This document shows, piece after piece, positions 26,901 to 40,447 of a stretch of DNA of 64,000 nt. This DNA comes from Chiloscyllium plagiosum (Eukaryota): NCBI RefSeq assembly GCF_004010195.1, contig NC_057750.1, positions 2,672,112-2,736,111 of the forward strand, in the 5' to 3' direction. How positions within the stretch are numbered: position 1 is the first letter of the stretch; each line of letters opens with the position of its first letter. Position numbers and translations under genes: made by a program. Under the pieces are notes generated by a model. It was not told the DNA's origin. It was given only the letters and a program-made list of their open reading frames with translations, and did no database searches.

Positions 26901-29004
26901 TCCTCTTGTACAAATACTTCGAAACCCTTCCAAGGCAACTCCCCAAAACACCACCTGTGCTAAAAATAAAAGGTCACTGAAGTTCTACCAAAACATCATT
27001 TAACAAGACATCAGGTGCTTTTCTTCTTTTGTCGAGCTTGTACAGCTGCCTGCCTTGTTTTGACATTGGTGCAATGGTTGGTGCACATTGCCCTTTGCCC
27101 TTTGCTTGGGTGTATGCCTTTAATAAATCTCACTGATTTGCAAAGAAACATTGCTTACTCCACCATGCACATAATAATCCATGTGACTCTGTGAACCACT
27201 TGTGAAGTTGTGTTTTCTCTCATCTTCTAAGAATCATAGTAAGAGCATGAGAGAAGTGCAGGAGTAGACCATTTGACCCCCCCTATTAAGGGCCCCATGC
27301 ATTAAGGCCATGGCTGATGTGATTGTGGCCTTTATTTTCCTGCCTGTCCCCTATAACCCTCAACTCCCTTGTTGATTAAAATCAGATCAGTCTAATTCAG
27401 TTTTGAAAATAATCAATGACTGCTTTTACCAATTTCTGGGGAAGAGAATTCTGAAAATTAGCAAACTAACAGGAGAAATTCCTCATCTCTTATCTTAAAT
27501 GGGAGATCCCTTATTTTGAAACTGGCGCCTCATCCTAGATGCTCCTCAAGGGACAACATCCCCATAGCATCTATTGTACCACTCCCTCTGTTTGAGCATA
27601 ATTGAGAGGAAAATTTAATCTTAATTCAAATTGCAAGTGATTTTCAATATCAAGTATATTGATCTGAAATACTGCAAGTGCCAACATTGCACAGAGTGCT
27701 CAGTCATCCATCAGGATTTTAATATTTTCAAAGTGGTCTTATTGCCAGTATCCTGACTGAATAAAGAGACTGAACAATGGTTCAGGCACACCAGACTGTC
27801 ACAAGGGTACTTGCCTAGGCATGTGAGGCGGGTAACCAGCCAGGACTGAGGAGATGGTAAGAGTACAAAAGACCAGATGGACTGATTATTGAAAGAGACT
27901 GTGTGTCATGATGTGGACAAAAGCAAAAGTAATGGCTTTGGGCCAAGCCACATGGGCAAGACTTCTATAGATAGCCTCCTCTCTCTTCTGTATATTTGTG
28001 ACAGACACTCCTTCACAAACTGCATTAAAAACTGTAAGCACGAGGGCATGTTACAAGGATAACTTTAAATAGTTTGTTTAGAAAGGAAGGCATCAACAAT
28101 GTAGGTTATGTTTCTGGATTGTAACTTAAGAAAGTGGTTATTGTAATACCTTCTTCCAATTGCAGCATGAGAGTAGCATCGAGCCATGAAGCCAAGAAGG
28201 TTGCAAGTTTGACTCTTGACTTATGCTGAGTTTGCAGGTATTTATTCAGGTCAGCAAATTGGTCCTGGATTAATTACCCTTGACTAGAAAATGCATGGCA
28301 AATAATGACAGAAGCAGGGTTTGTTTTGGTGCCCTTTCTAATCGATTAGCCTACTGACCCCTGCTGTCTCGGGTCGCAAGAAATATGAGCAGGTTACTAA
28401 AAACCAGTATGACTCTGCCTCAGGACAGAAGGATTGTTTTAAATCCTGCATGATGTGAAAGATTCCGTGTAAGTATGTGAGGGATTGCAGGGGCGTTCTT
28501 CCTAGTATTTTGGTCACTGATTCATTAAATGATATCACTGAAAATAGATTTCTGATCATTTCCTTCATTGCTGTGTGTAGAAACCTGTACAGAAATTGGC
28601 TCCTATGATGCTGAGTGGGGAACATTGAAAACGTGATATGGAATCATTGATTAGATTTGTGATTGACTGTGGGGTATCAAGGGTTTGGGGATAATGTGGG
28701 AATATAAAACTGAAATAGAGGATCAGCCATTGGGTGATGCAGCAGGCTTTAAGGGCCAAATGGCCAACTCAAGCTCATGCTGTTTATGTTTCGTACTAGT
28801 GCAGTTCTTATTATTGAGGCACACGCAGCTATCACCAGTTGGTTGAAGTGTCTAGGGTCAATGACAGGCGAGGAACTGTACCCTCATAAGGAATTGTTTT
28901 TGTGAAATAGTAACAAAGTGCTGGGGAAGTTCAGCAGGTCTGGCAGCATCTGTGGAGAGTGAGACAGTACAAATGTTTTGAATCAATTTCCATTAACATT
29001 TCTA

Positions 29005-29290
29005 TTTTTGGCCGGCTACAGTGTTCCAATGAAGCTCGGTGCAAGTTGGAGGAACAAAAGCTTTGAAATAACTGCGCAGGGGCTGGGATCCCGTCACCCT
29101 TTATTTACACCTGCAGAGTACATGGACTCTGACCAGCTAGCTCAGAGCTGGTCCCTAGAGTGAGGACACTCTGACAGTCCTGCTTATATCTATCAGCCAA
29201 AGCTCCCTGATTAGACCCAGGTTAACAGCCTCAATCAGGGATCTCATAGTCAACAAGATCTTCCTGTCTAGCCTTGTTCCAATCACTACA
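29005..29290 (-). mobile_element. Probable solo LTR
   Basis: Minus strand starts TGTAGTGATTGG, has a TATA-like GATATAAG (~29183-29190) then AATAAA (~29100). The other end and the TSD are unclear. It lies between two family C arms (~28910-28985, ~29605-29720). Confidence 0.45.
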
Positions 29291-30795
29291 ACATTTTTTT
29301 CTGCTAAGGTGCTTACCTAAAACTCAATGTTGGATTTCACTCCTTCAGAGTAGGATCTCTGTGTTCCATTATCCACTACCACTACCCCCACCCTAACCCT
29401 CATCTGGCTGTGTCTTGTTGGCTTCCCTCTGAGTGGATCCATTTTCTCCTTTTCACAGCCAACATTTGCACCTATTGTACATATCTATCACTCCTTTACT
29501 GCTGTTATTACTGCCTTTGTCTTTTGCTCTGGGCACCCTCTCAATCTGTTCCACTTACTACCCCTTTCCCTCTGTCTACAAACAGTATTTTCCAACTCCT
29601 TTCCGTCCTGAAGAAGTCAGCCTTGACTTGAAAGGTTAACTGTCTTTCTGTCACCGCACCTGCTGAGTTTTTCCAGCACTTAGTTTTAATTTCAGATTTC
29701 CAGCTTCCACAGTGTTTTGCTGGTCGTATTGTCTTTGTGGGGTGCCTGAAAACAAAGAGTAAATTATGTTTGTGTTTTGGAGGAGCAGGGATCAGTCCAG
29801 CGGAATGTATTCAGGCTAGTCTCCAGTCCAGCAGAAGATATTCAGAAGCCCCAAAATACCTGAGCTTTATTGTGATGGCCAATGTAAACTCTGGCCGAGG
29901 GGTGAAGTTGCTTTGCTAACTTGTTGTTTGTTGTGAACATGTGAAGCACTGGTGATAGCTGTGTTGATAACATCAGCACTATTATTAACAGTACTGAGTG
30001 AATAATAATGAAGTGCACTGCTGTGTGGAAGCTGCCCTGTGGAAAAAGCCGTGGGTGTTACAGCTAACAGCTTCAAGGTTGACGTGCACAGCCAGCAAGC
30101 AGCCTGCAGGAAACCAGTCTAGGGTAGGTGATGTAATTAGGAAGCTGATGAGGCAGAGAAATTGTGATTGGCATCTAAAGAGAGCTCTCTGGCACATGCC
30201 ATTGTTCCATGATGTTATTGTGTAACCCTTTGAGTGCCAAATGCCTGTATACATTGCATCAGTAGAAAAGAGCAGAATGAAATGTTGCAATTCTAGAGCA
30301 TGTGTTCACTGCTGCCTCCTAATTTCACCCATAGGACAGGGAATTGGGTGAAATGCAAATTATCCTGCATTGGATTCCCCAGCTGCAGCATCAGGAGAAA
30401 TGCAAAGGAATTTTAGCCCTCTCTAGCTTCCATTCAAACCTTCACTTACTGTTACATCACAGGCACCAAATAACATTTCAAAAGTGGAATGGAATCTACT
30501 AAAATTCATTTTCATCTTGCAAACACGAATAAGAAGCTGGAGTAGCCTGTTCAGCCCCTTTATCCCATTCTGTTGCTTTAACAAGGTCATGACTGAACTA
30601 ACTGACCTCCTTTGTTACCAAAAATCATGCGTTGGTGGGAAAATGTATGTAGCCTCCTACTAGTCCCCCGTATTTGAGCAATCTTCAAGCCATTTCATTC
30701 TTTCAAAGCAGTAAAACCCTGATTTAAATCTCAACTGTTATGATACATAAGGAGGCCATTCAGTCCATTGTGTCTGCAATGACACTGAAGCAAAT

Positions 30796-31095
30796 GGAGA
30801 AAGTGAGGACTGCAGATGCTAGAGAGATCAGAGTCCAAAAGTGTGGTATTGGAAAAGCAGAGTATGTTTCAGAGAACATCTCCAGGACACACACCAAACA
30901 ACCCCACTGCCCTGTGGCCAAACACTTCAACTCCCCTTCTTACTCTGCTAAGGGCATGTGGGTCCTGGGCCGTCTCCACCGCCAAATCCTAGTCACTCGA
31001 TGACTGGAGGAAGAACACCTCATCGTCTGCCTTGGGACCCTCCAACCACATGGAATCAGTGTCGATTTCACCCAGTTTCCTCATTCTCCTCATGA
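30796..31095 (+). mobile_element. PLE fragment: inverted family B terminus joined to a GIY-YIG C-terminal remnant
   Basis: GGAGAAAGTGAGGACTGCAGATGC terminus, then TKQPHCPVAKHFNSPSYS...VLG...TR*LEEEHLIVCLGTLQPHGISVDFT. Confidence 0.8.
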
Positions 31096-32878
31096 CTTTG
31101 AAAATTTCTGCCCTGGCCCTATTGAAGAAGAACATTCCTAACTTCAATCCTTCCTCATCCCTGCAGGTATTTAGGGGTGGGAGAGGAGACTCCACTACAA
31201 ACCTGCCAACCAGTTGCGGACAAACCATTAGCCATAACTTTGTTCCCTATCACTTGACCAATTTTGAATGTACATTTCTGCTCTCCCTTTTTATTCCATT
31301 GTGTTCTTTACAATGGCTACACAAGTATGTATTTTCTTTAAATAATTAAAGAAATTGCGTCAACAGACATTGTTTATATGTGTATATTTTGAGTTTCCGT
31401 ATATACGCGTGTTAAGGCCTTGAGCATGCACAATAGGGAAACCAGGTTCCTTCAAATCCAATATCCATTGCACTAATTGAAGCACTAAAATTCTGAGAGC
31501 GAGAGAGAAGGCTACTGCTGCTGAAAGGCTATTAACCCTGGCTGGAGAGTAAGGAACTGGGGGTTGTATTTGCAGGATAAAATGGTCGGCCATTTAGGCA
31601 TGGTAGTGATTTATGGACCTTCAGAATTCTCTACCACAAAGAACAGTTGATACTTGGTCATTGAGATTATTCAAGGCTGAGATAGAATTGGCAGTTCTAA
31701 CAATTGAATCGTGTTGCTCCTGGTAAGTGTGGAAGCTGCATGTTCAGCCTTGGCTCGGTTCAGCTGTAGTGATGGCATGTGTGCATCAGTTGGGTTTTTT
31801 TGTATGTGTTTGGCGAGAGAGAGGTATTTAATGTACACTGTGGAAATCTTTGGGGGTTGGATAGTGCAGCTTTGAAGAAGTGAGGGGTCACTGCATCCAA
31901 TCACGAAGGAACATTGGATTAGTCATGATCTAATTAAATGATGGAACAGGTTCGCAGGGCTGAATGGCCTGTTGTTCCTATGATTTGTTGTGAGGGTTGT
32001 AGGCCTGTGGGTGAACCACCTTTCAACAGTACAAACAAAAGTTTGGAACAATTTATCACTTTTGAGCAAGTAACTAGAGATTTTATTCTGACTTGAATAA
32101 GTTGCCCCCCACCCACCCGCAACACTGTCTGACTCCGAAGGCAGTTAAATCTCCCTATGATTTAACGAGATCTTAAAGTAATCTGCTTTGATGAATGAAA
32201 GTATAAAAGTAATCTCTTGTCATCTATCACGTGCAGTTCTGTGTACAAACAACATGTGATGCGTTTCGACTCTGACCCTTTTTTAGGACACTCAGACTGT
32301 GATTGAAATAACACTGAAGATTCTAGTGTTGGTTGGATTTGGTGCATTGTTGTCAAATTATAGATTTAAATCCCAGTCTGAGATAACATGTGAATGCACA
32401 GGACTGAGGAACCTTTTTTGAAAGCAGCTGGGTTAGTCCCATGAAAGCCCACTTTGTCAACAATCCTGAAATAATGCTATCTGTGCAGGCAATGTACAAA
32501 TTCCTAATTTTTGCAGCTATGTTGACAGAGGGAAAATCATTGGGAAGTTGGATGCTATAGCAGAGGTATACAAATAGTTCATCACCCATTTCCTAAAAGA
32601 GTGAGCATCAAATTATCTCATCAATTGCTGAATAAAGTTTGAATATGATGTTCATTTCAATATTGATATGTTTTGCTGAGTAATGAGGTCACCTGACCCT
32701 TGGAAATGGATCTGGACGTGGGATAGAGGGGCAGAAGGGTCTCGAGGTACAAATTTTCATCACCAAAAATAGCAACCCATATTTTTATAAGTTCATATTT
32801 TGGAAAAAAACAAACAAAAACACTGGAGTTCATTCAAAGCAGAGTTGAAGAACAGAAATGTTTTGTTAAACTCCTATA

Positions 32879-33031
32879 TAGAGGACCTCGATTATCCGAA
32901 GGACACTGGCGAGGAGTATTTCGTTTGGTTAATCGAATGCGGGATAATATAGTTAGGCATAGGCACCTTGTGATCTTTTTGGATAATCTGAAATTCAGTT
33001 AATCAAATGCCAGATAATCGAGGTTCCTCTG
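32879..33031. mobile_element. Tigger/pogo-like MITE
   Basis: TIR (C/T)AGAGGA(A)CCTCGATTATCCG / CAGATAATCGAGGTTCCTCTG, flanked by TA. Confidence 0.85.
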
Positions 33032-34226
33032 TAGATTCTTTTGAAGGTGATGTTTGGCAGTGTTAAACAATACTTGTCTCCATATTGTAAAGTGCTGCAA
33101 AACCTAATACCAGAACTGAGGTTATATATGCAAGAGATTACTCAACAGGTTCAGGCATTGTTTCTCTCCTCCTGGTAAAGGGAAGATGAAAAAATGACCT
33201 TTTATAGAGTTCTTTTAGATTCCTGAAAAGGTTTATTTGGATAATATGCAGAAGATATTTGTAGAGTAGACAGGGAGCATAATTATGACATACTCAATAT
33301 AAGTCAAATGTAGAATTCAGCAAAAACTTTGTTGCCAGAAAAGTGGTTAGAATATGAAGCTTGTGAACACAACAGTTTACATTTACAAATCACCTTTCCT
33401 GGTGCTGAACAAGATTATCAATAAATAACTCGAGACGGGAGAGGACAGGAGACTGAAAAGCTTAATCAGAGTCAGCTATTTACACTAATTGTAGTGGTGT
33501 TTTCATGTTTAATCATTAGGGCTTCCAGGAGTGAGGGAATAAAGCGTGGAGTTGAGCTAGAAAATCACCACATGAGAAAGCTTGAGGAGCTATAAGGCCT
33601 TCTCCATCAATTTGTCTTAATTGAAGTTCAGCACTTTGTGCTTAAATCAATTATTTTACTGCCCCATATAACTATCAGTCACTAGATGTAGCTGTTAGTT
33701 CTGAAGTTTAGTGCAACTTCAAAGTTAGCTGCACTCTTCAATTGTTTAATTAACACTTCATGGGAGCAGCCTCCTATCCCCTTATTAACTATATAATAAA
33801 CTTGCCAAAGCTATTTCCATGTTGGGTTTCAGTTGCAGGCAACCACATTGTGTCTGCAAAGCCACTGGAAACATCAAAGTATATTTCTAATCCCCAGAAG
33901 CACCTTTTTTCTCCATTTACTCTCTTCAGTGGGTAATCTTGGCAAATCCAGATACTGCTAGCTGTGCACAATTTCAATAGAGCACGCAGATTAAGTGGAA
34001 AAAAATCTTGGGGCTTGGGCTCAGGAAAGCAAAATTGCCAGTTAAAAATCTAATTGAATCAATCTAAGGTTTGAATTCATGGGTTCTCTAACTTGTTACT
34101 AATGTTGACAGGGAATGGTTTTGAGTGCCAGTGATTGGAAAGGGATGAGTAGCAAGTTGAAGCCTCCAAATACAAATAAAGCAGCTTTTTCTTAGGATGG
34201 CAGGTAAGAGGATGAAAAGAAAAATT

Positions 34227-34487
34227 GGGCAGCACACTGCCTCATAGCGCCATGGACTTGGGTTCGATTCCAGCCTCGGGTGACTCTTGTCTGTGTGGCG
34301 TTGCACATTATACTTGTCTGTTTGGGTTTTCTCCCACAGTCCAGAGATGTGTAGGTTAGGTGAATTAGCCCTGGGAAGTGCCGAATTACAGGGATAGGGT
34401 AAGGGGGGTGGTGGGGGCGGGTGGTTGGATGGGATACTCTTCAGACTCAATGGGCCAAATGGTCTGCTTCCACACTGTAATGATTCT
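34227..34487 (+). mobile_element. HE1-type SINE
   Basis: GGGCAGCAC...GGTTCGATTCC...CCACAGTCC...TTCCACACTGTA. Confidence 0.85.
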
Positions 34488-34684
34488 TAGTGACTAAAAA
34501 AAGCAAAGAATTAAAAGTTTGAGGGATGTTAACAGGGCCTTAAAACACACTGCATCTGTGTGGGGAATTGAAGTAGTGAGAAATTTTTACACATTTCACA
34601 AGTTTTCAAAGTGTCTGACAGCCAACCTTTAGGATTGAGCCACTGTCACAATATAGGAAACATAGAGATCAAGTTGAATTCAGC

Positions 34685-34871
34685 AAGTCAGGCAGCGTCC
34701 GAGGAACAGGACAATCGACGTTTCCAGCATAAGCCCTTCACAAGGATTCCTGATGAAGGGCTTGTGCCCAAAACATTGATTGTCCTGCTCCTCAGATGCT
34801 GCCTGACCTGCGATGCTTTTCCAGCGCCACACGTTCCCGACTCTGACCTACAGAACTCACTTTCTTCTAAT
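34685..34871. mobile_element. Fold-back PLE-derived insertion, family B
   Basis: TSD TTGAATTCAGC at 34674-34684 and 34872-34882; core at 34750 with CGAAA>CAAAA. Confidence 0.85.
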
Positions 34872-35154
34872 TTGAATTCAGCCAAAATCTAACAAACAGC
34901 AGATATCTTTGGAGATATTGTTCAGAGGTTGATATCTGCTCTAGATTGCTGGGGAGAGCTTCCAGGCTGTTCAGATAGGATCATATGTGGCCACCAGGAA
35001 GGATAGTTGATTTAATGTCTTACTCAACAAAACCCCTCTGCCAGTGCAGCAATTTCTCCGCATTGCACGTGGAGTGTCCACCTAGATTTTGTGCTCTGAA
35101 GTGGGACTTGCTGACTGAGTGTGTGACCTACTGACAGCTCCAGAGCAGCTTATT

Positions 35155-35437
35155 GATTAGATTACTTAGTGTGGAAGCAGGCCCTTCGGCCCAACAAGTC
35201 CACACCAACCGGCAGAAGCGCAGCCCACCCAGACCCATTCCCCTAACACTACAGGCAATTTTAGCATAGCCAATTCACCGCACATTTTTAGACTGTGGGA
35301 GGAAACCGGAGCACCCAGAGGAAACCCACGCAGACACAGGGAGAATGTGCAAACTCCACACAGTCAGTCGCCTGAGGCAGGAATTGAACCCAGGTCTCTG
35401 GCGCTGTGAGGCAGCAGTGCTAACCACCGTGCCACCC
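35155..35437 (-). mobile_element. HE1-type SINE (well preserved)
   Basis: Minus strand GGGTGGCACGGTGGTTAGCACTGCTGCC...GGTTCAATTCC; (GATTA)n tail. Confidence 0.92.
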
Positions 35438-37684
35438 ATGCTTGGAATGCTAAAATTTCCTAATGAGCAACTCTCAATGATCATATTGGGGCATAAACCA
35501 GTGACTGTGCTTGGACAGAGCACTGTACCATTTACCGTCCAGTTGTTAAAAGCAATTAGCAATTTCTTTTAGATAGGAGTTTCAGTTGGGAAGGAACTAC
35601 TTTATAAATGGACTGAGCAGATGCATCGTTGTGAATTTGAAATGACTAAATCCTGACTACAGCTTTTTTTTTAAAAAATTACTTTCAATGTGTGCGACAC
35701 CTAAACCCACATATCTTGTATCTGCGACTGATCTTGATTGGCTGCTCTGCATAGTAGTCGTGTCTTGAAACCGCAGACATTGAGAAAGGAAGAACTTACA
35801 TCCGAGCAGAGAGGAAAAAACAAGGATGACAAAGCAAGCTTTGGGTTTACAAAAACACACTTGTCCTCCTCACCTTCATCTCATTAACGTTGAAAAGCTC
35901 TGTTTTCTTTTACCCAGAGAGTGACACCTAACTTGGAAGGAATTAAAAATAGGATGGTATTTTAATCTGATTACTGATACAAAATCTTAATGTTTACCCA
36001 TGATAACTATGTGGAAGCTGAACTTCACATTGATTGCAAACTCTTGTTTAGTATTATTTATCTACAAATAGCTCACCTGATAGTGTGGAAGCATTTTGAG
36101 TAGGATAGCGACTGTAGTAAATAGGTCTGACTTCCATTCTTTTCCTTTAGTAAAAGAAATTATTCAAGTGAACTCCCAAAGGATCATTTCCTATTTCCGT
36201 GTCATACCTTGTCAAAGTTTTGGGGAAATCAGCTGTAAAACCAGTTGACAGACTGAGGGGCTTAATTCAAAACCAGCATATGTTATAGATGTAATGCAAG
36301 TTCACTTTGTTTTTATTTCTTGCAATCCCAGGTATTTAGGAATGTTTTGAAACTGGAATGTCTTTGTTAGAATGAATCAACATAGAGATTGCTACATAAT
36401 CGCATCCTGTAATTGGGACATTTGGATTATTTTGAATTCATTAGTGAAGATTATTTGTTAATGTTTGGGATTTTATCTGTTTGAAATTTATTTAGTAGTT
36501 CTGTGAAAATCTGCATCCAGTTCACCTGGACTCCATTTCCTGTAAACATATGGGCTCATCAGAGACACTTGCTTATCTAAGACTCTATCTTTTCCCCCTT
36601 TGTTTGTTACTGTCTATTTTGAGACAATGTCACCTCATCTCTGCAGTTCTTGCAGCACAGCACAGTGATAGTGTCCCTGCCTCTGAACCTCCAGTCCCAC
36701 CTGCTCCAGAGGTGTGCAATAATATCTCTGAATGCGGACTGATGCATTATAACATTTCTCTGTGAACACTGGGCTTTCACTTAACAGCCATCCCATACAC
36801 TGCTTCGCCTTTTCATTTCCCAATAACTGTGATGCAGCTCCTTAGCTTACTATGCTACCTTCTACAGTTCTCCTTCACTCTTTAACTTTCAAAACTCAAA
36901 TTTGATGTCAACTATATCCCGATTTATCTTATTTTTGTTTGCAATACTTTTTGCGTCACATACTTTATTCCTTTCAGTTAGTGACAGACTAGTGTCCAGT
37001 CTATGCTCTTGCCCAGATTTTTTTTTTAATTGGCGTCTCAGCAGAGGAAAGGAAAGCTCTTCGAGTGAATTGGGATTTTGGTCTTTTATGCCATTTTGGA
37101 CCGGGCAACAAAGGGATTGGACTCCAAAGGAAAAATTACAACATTTTGTAATCAACATCTGCACAATGATGCAAATGATCTGATGGCTGTAACCTGAAGC
37201 ATTTGTGATCTGTAAAGAGTTGGAAAATAAGGTGCATTTGTAATCTGTGATTAAACAGTGGTTTCAGATTCTAATGGTAGCTTGCTGAATTTATTCAAAA
37301 TTAGAATTTTGTAGTTTTGTAAACCTGATTAAATCAAGAGCTATCAGAAAGATTTCCAAACACTTGACGTGGCAGAGCTGAGCGACTGTCCCAGCTTCAT
37401 ACTGAAAGGAAATAATCTTTGTAGGTGCCCTCTATGGGTAAGTTTATTTTATCATCGTTTGAAAGTGCTATAGGAGCCATTCCACCATAAAACACTCATG
37501 TGAGATCCAAGATAGCGGCAGTCTGAGAGGTTTGCTGTGCTGGGACCTGTGCCATGCCCCAGGCAAGGTAGACCTTTCACAGCCCCACCCTCCTCGCTAA
37601 CCACCCTGAGTAGAAAATTGATAATATAGAGTTGATGAATATCTAGAGCTTCTAAAACTATGATTTGAAAGCTCTAAGATCAGG

Positions 37685-38500
37685 ATGAGGTTGAATAAAG
37701 GAAAAGGGGCAAAAGGAGTAGAGCAGGCAGGGCACTCCTCTACTATGTCGGAGGTGCCCGCAGCTTTTGCTCAAACTCTCCTGGTGGCCCTTTGGTTTCA
37801 ACGGGGCAGCAACATTTACTCGGAGTTTGCTAAACTCCAAGAAAAACTCAAGGCAGCACTGAAGCTGATATCTACCATGCTGAAGAAGCATGAGCAGGAG
37901 ATCCAAACGCTGGGCCGTCGAGTGGAAATGGTCGAGCTGAGGACCGCAGCATCTGAGAACGTGGCGGAGGACTCAGGAGGACCGATCTGAATGCTGGTAG
38001 GCCAGGTTTGGGTCCTTCAAGAACAAGTGGACAACCTTAAAAATAAAAGTAGAAGAAAAAACTTATGGCTCGTGGGTCACCCGGAGTGCAAGCAAGACGA
38101 GGATCTCGTTCGATTCCTGGAGAAGTGGCCCCCGAAGTGCCTAGGGCTGGAGGTTAGAGTCGGGCTGGGTGAGCGTGGAGCGGGCCCACCGGATCACGTT
38201 GCGCAGATCTGGGTCGGATCCGCGCCCACGCCCAGTCCTAATGTGACTCCAGCACTATAAAGAAAAATAGTTAATGATTGAAACAGCAAGGAGAATGGGA
38301 TAGGATTCACAGGCTTTAACATACAAAGGTTCAAGAATAATGTTCTTTCAAAACTTCTCTGGAGCTATAATTAAGAAGAGAAAAGCATTTGATGAAGTCA
38401 CGAGGAAATTAAGGGACCAAATCATTCAATATTCCTTGAGGTACCCGGTGGTGTTGCATTACGCTTTTGATTCAGCAGAAAAGGCAAAGGACTTGTGAAC
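37685..38500 (+). pseudogene. L1 ORF1 remnant
   Basis: Coiled-coil-like segment, then DNLKNKSRRKNLWLVGHPE (RRxNLRIVGLPE-type motif) and YKGSRIMFFQNFS; multiple stops. Confidence 0.85.
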
Positions 38501-39736
38501 TCATCGAAATAAATGACTCTAGTCGGGGGAGGGGGGGTGGCAGGGTGCGGAGGGGAAGGGGCACCGTTACGGACCATGGTACAGTTTTTCTTTACTTTCT
38601 TTGCCCCTTTTTTTTCTCTCCCTTTTTGTGGTTATTGGTTTTACAAATTCTGTACTGCCTTGGTGTAAAACCTGATTTCTCATTTCGATCAGTTGGCTAT
38701 TATCTGGGGATTATTTTTGCTGTTCTTTTCTGGATTGGGGGGTGGCTATATCTGTGGTTAAGATGTATGGAGAAGAGGTGTGGATAGGGGAGGGTGGGTG
38801 TCCATTGCTAACTCTCAGGAATGTAAATAACATGTTCTCCTTGTCTGTGAATTGCCTGGGTCTGGGGCCTGGCCTCAGCTGGAAGGAGCCAGAAGGATTG
38901 CGAAGATTGCCTCCTCTGGGCAAGGGGGGAGATTTCTCGCGAATTGGGGTTTATTTGGGTGTTTGTTTAAGTTAAATGTAGTGGTTAGGTTTTTAGTTAG
39001 TTTTTGTAGGAGTAGTTTTTAGATTTTAGAGCTAATTTTTTTTTCTTGCTCGCTGCACCTCATAAATTTCCTTCTCTTGGGAAACCACGGGCTACCCTGA
39101 ACAACCATGGCTAGTGATCTGTTTAGATGGTGCACCTGGAATGTAAAAGGGAGCCATTCCCTCATTAAAAGAAAGAAAGTGTTTTCAAGCCTTAACAAGG
39201 GAAGAGTTGACGTTGCCCTGCTGCAGGAGACTCACTTAACTGATGAGGAATATCTGAAACTGCAGCCGGGGATTATGGTAGGCTATTCTTCTCCTTTAGC
39301 TCTCAAAGTAGAGGAGTGGCTATACTGGTAAGAAGGAACCTCCCATTCCAGGTAACTGAGCAAATTAAGGATGAACAGGGATGGTTCACCATTCTTAAAG
39401 CTCTACTACAAGGAGAAGAGTACGGCGTCCTGAATTTTTAATGTCCCTCAGCGCACCATCTTAAATTTCTAAATTGCAGTTGCTAAATTAATGAATCTGG
39501 GGTTACGCTGTAAGATTATGGGAGGGGATTTTAACCGCCTAATGGATCTCTGGGTAGACAGGATGTCAAGTGGCCTGGCTGGCACACCCATGCAATCTAG
39601 ATAGTTGGTGGACTTGTGTGAGGAGTTGGGATTGGTGGATGTGTACAGGTATCTTCACCCTAAAGGAAGAGACTTTACTTTCAGTTCCAACCTGCATAAG
39701 TGCCACACATGAATTGACATGTTTTTTATGCCATCG

Positions 39737-39921
39737 CTGAAAATGTGTTGCTGGAAAAGCACAGCAGGTCAGGCAGCACCCAAGGAGCAGGAATTCCTGA
39801 AGAAGGGCTTATGCCCGAAACGTCGATTCTCCTGTTCCTTGGATGCTGCCTGACCTGCTGCGCTTTTCCAGCAACACATTTTCAGCTCTGATCTCCAGCA
39901 TCTGCAGTCCTTACTTTCTCC
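39737..39921. mobile_element. Fold-back PLE-derived insertion, family B, in the L1 endonuclease region
   Basis: Perfect 12-bp TSD TTTATGCCATCG at 39725-39736 and 39922-39933; ~55-bp arms. Confidence 0.92.
39797..39824 (+). ncRNA. Minimal hammerhead ribozyme core (family B)
   Basis: CTGAAGA-A-GGGC-TTAT-GCCC-GAAA-C-GTC; stem I GAAT(T)C/GATTC; palindromic ACGT stem III; predicted cut after 39824. Confidence 0.8.
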
Positions 39922-40242
39922 TTTATGCCATCGGTCTGTTTTGACAGAATATTGGCTTGCAAACTTGGAAATATAATATCTCGGACCATGCACCAGTGTA
40001 TTTTAATGTTAAAATCCAGGGTGGCGGAATAAATGTATGGCGCTGGCGCATGGATCCATTCCTGTTAAGGGGTAGCAAATTTCTTGGTACGGCCAGTAAT
40101 CCTTTGGTACTTTGGGAGACCACAAAGGCATATTTATGAGGCTTGACTATTTCATATTCAACAACTAGTAAGAGGCAGAGAGGGGAGCAGCACCGGATGC
40201 TGGAGGCCTGGCTGAAAGTAGCTGAAGAAGTACATTATAATA

Positions 40243-40447
40243 CGACACCAGGTTATAGTCCAACAGGTTTAATTGGAAGCACTAGCTTTCGGAGAGCTGC
40301 TCCTTCATCAGGTGTCCACAACCACCTGATGAAGGAGTAGCGTTACAAAAGCTAGTGCTTCCAATTAAACCTGTTGGACTATAACCTGGTGTTATGTGAT
40401 TTTTAACTTTGTACAGCCCAGTCCAACCCTGGCATCTCCAAATCATG
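40243..40447. mobile_element. Fold-back PLE-derived insertion, family A, in L1 ORF2
   Basis: TSD TTATAATA at 40235-40242 and 40448-40455; intact minus-strand core at 40283-40311; plus-strand core at 40326 mutated (CAAAA). Confidence 0.9.
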
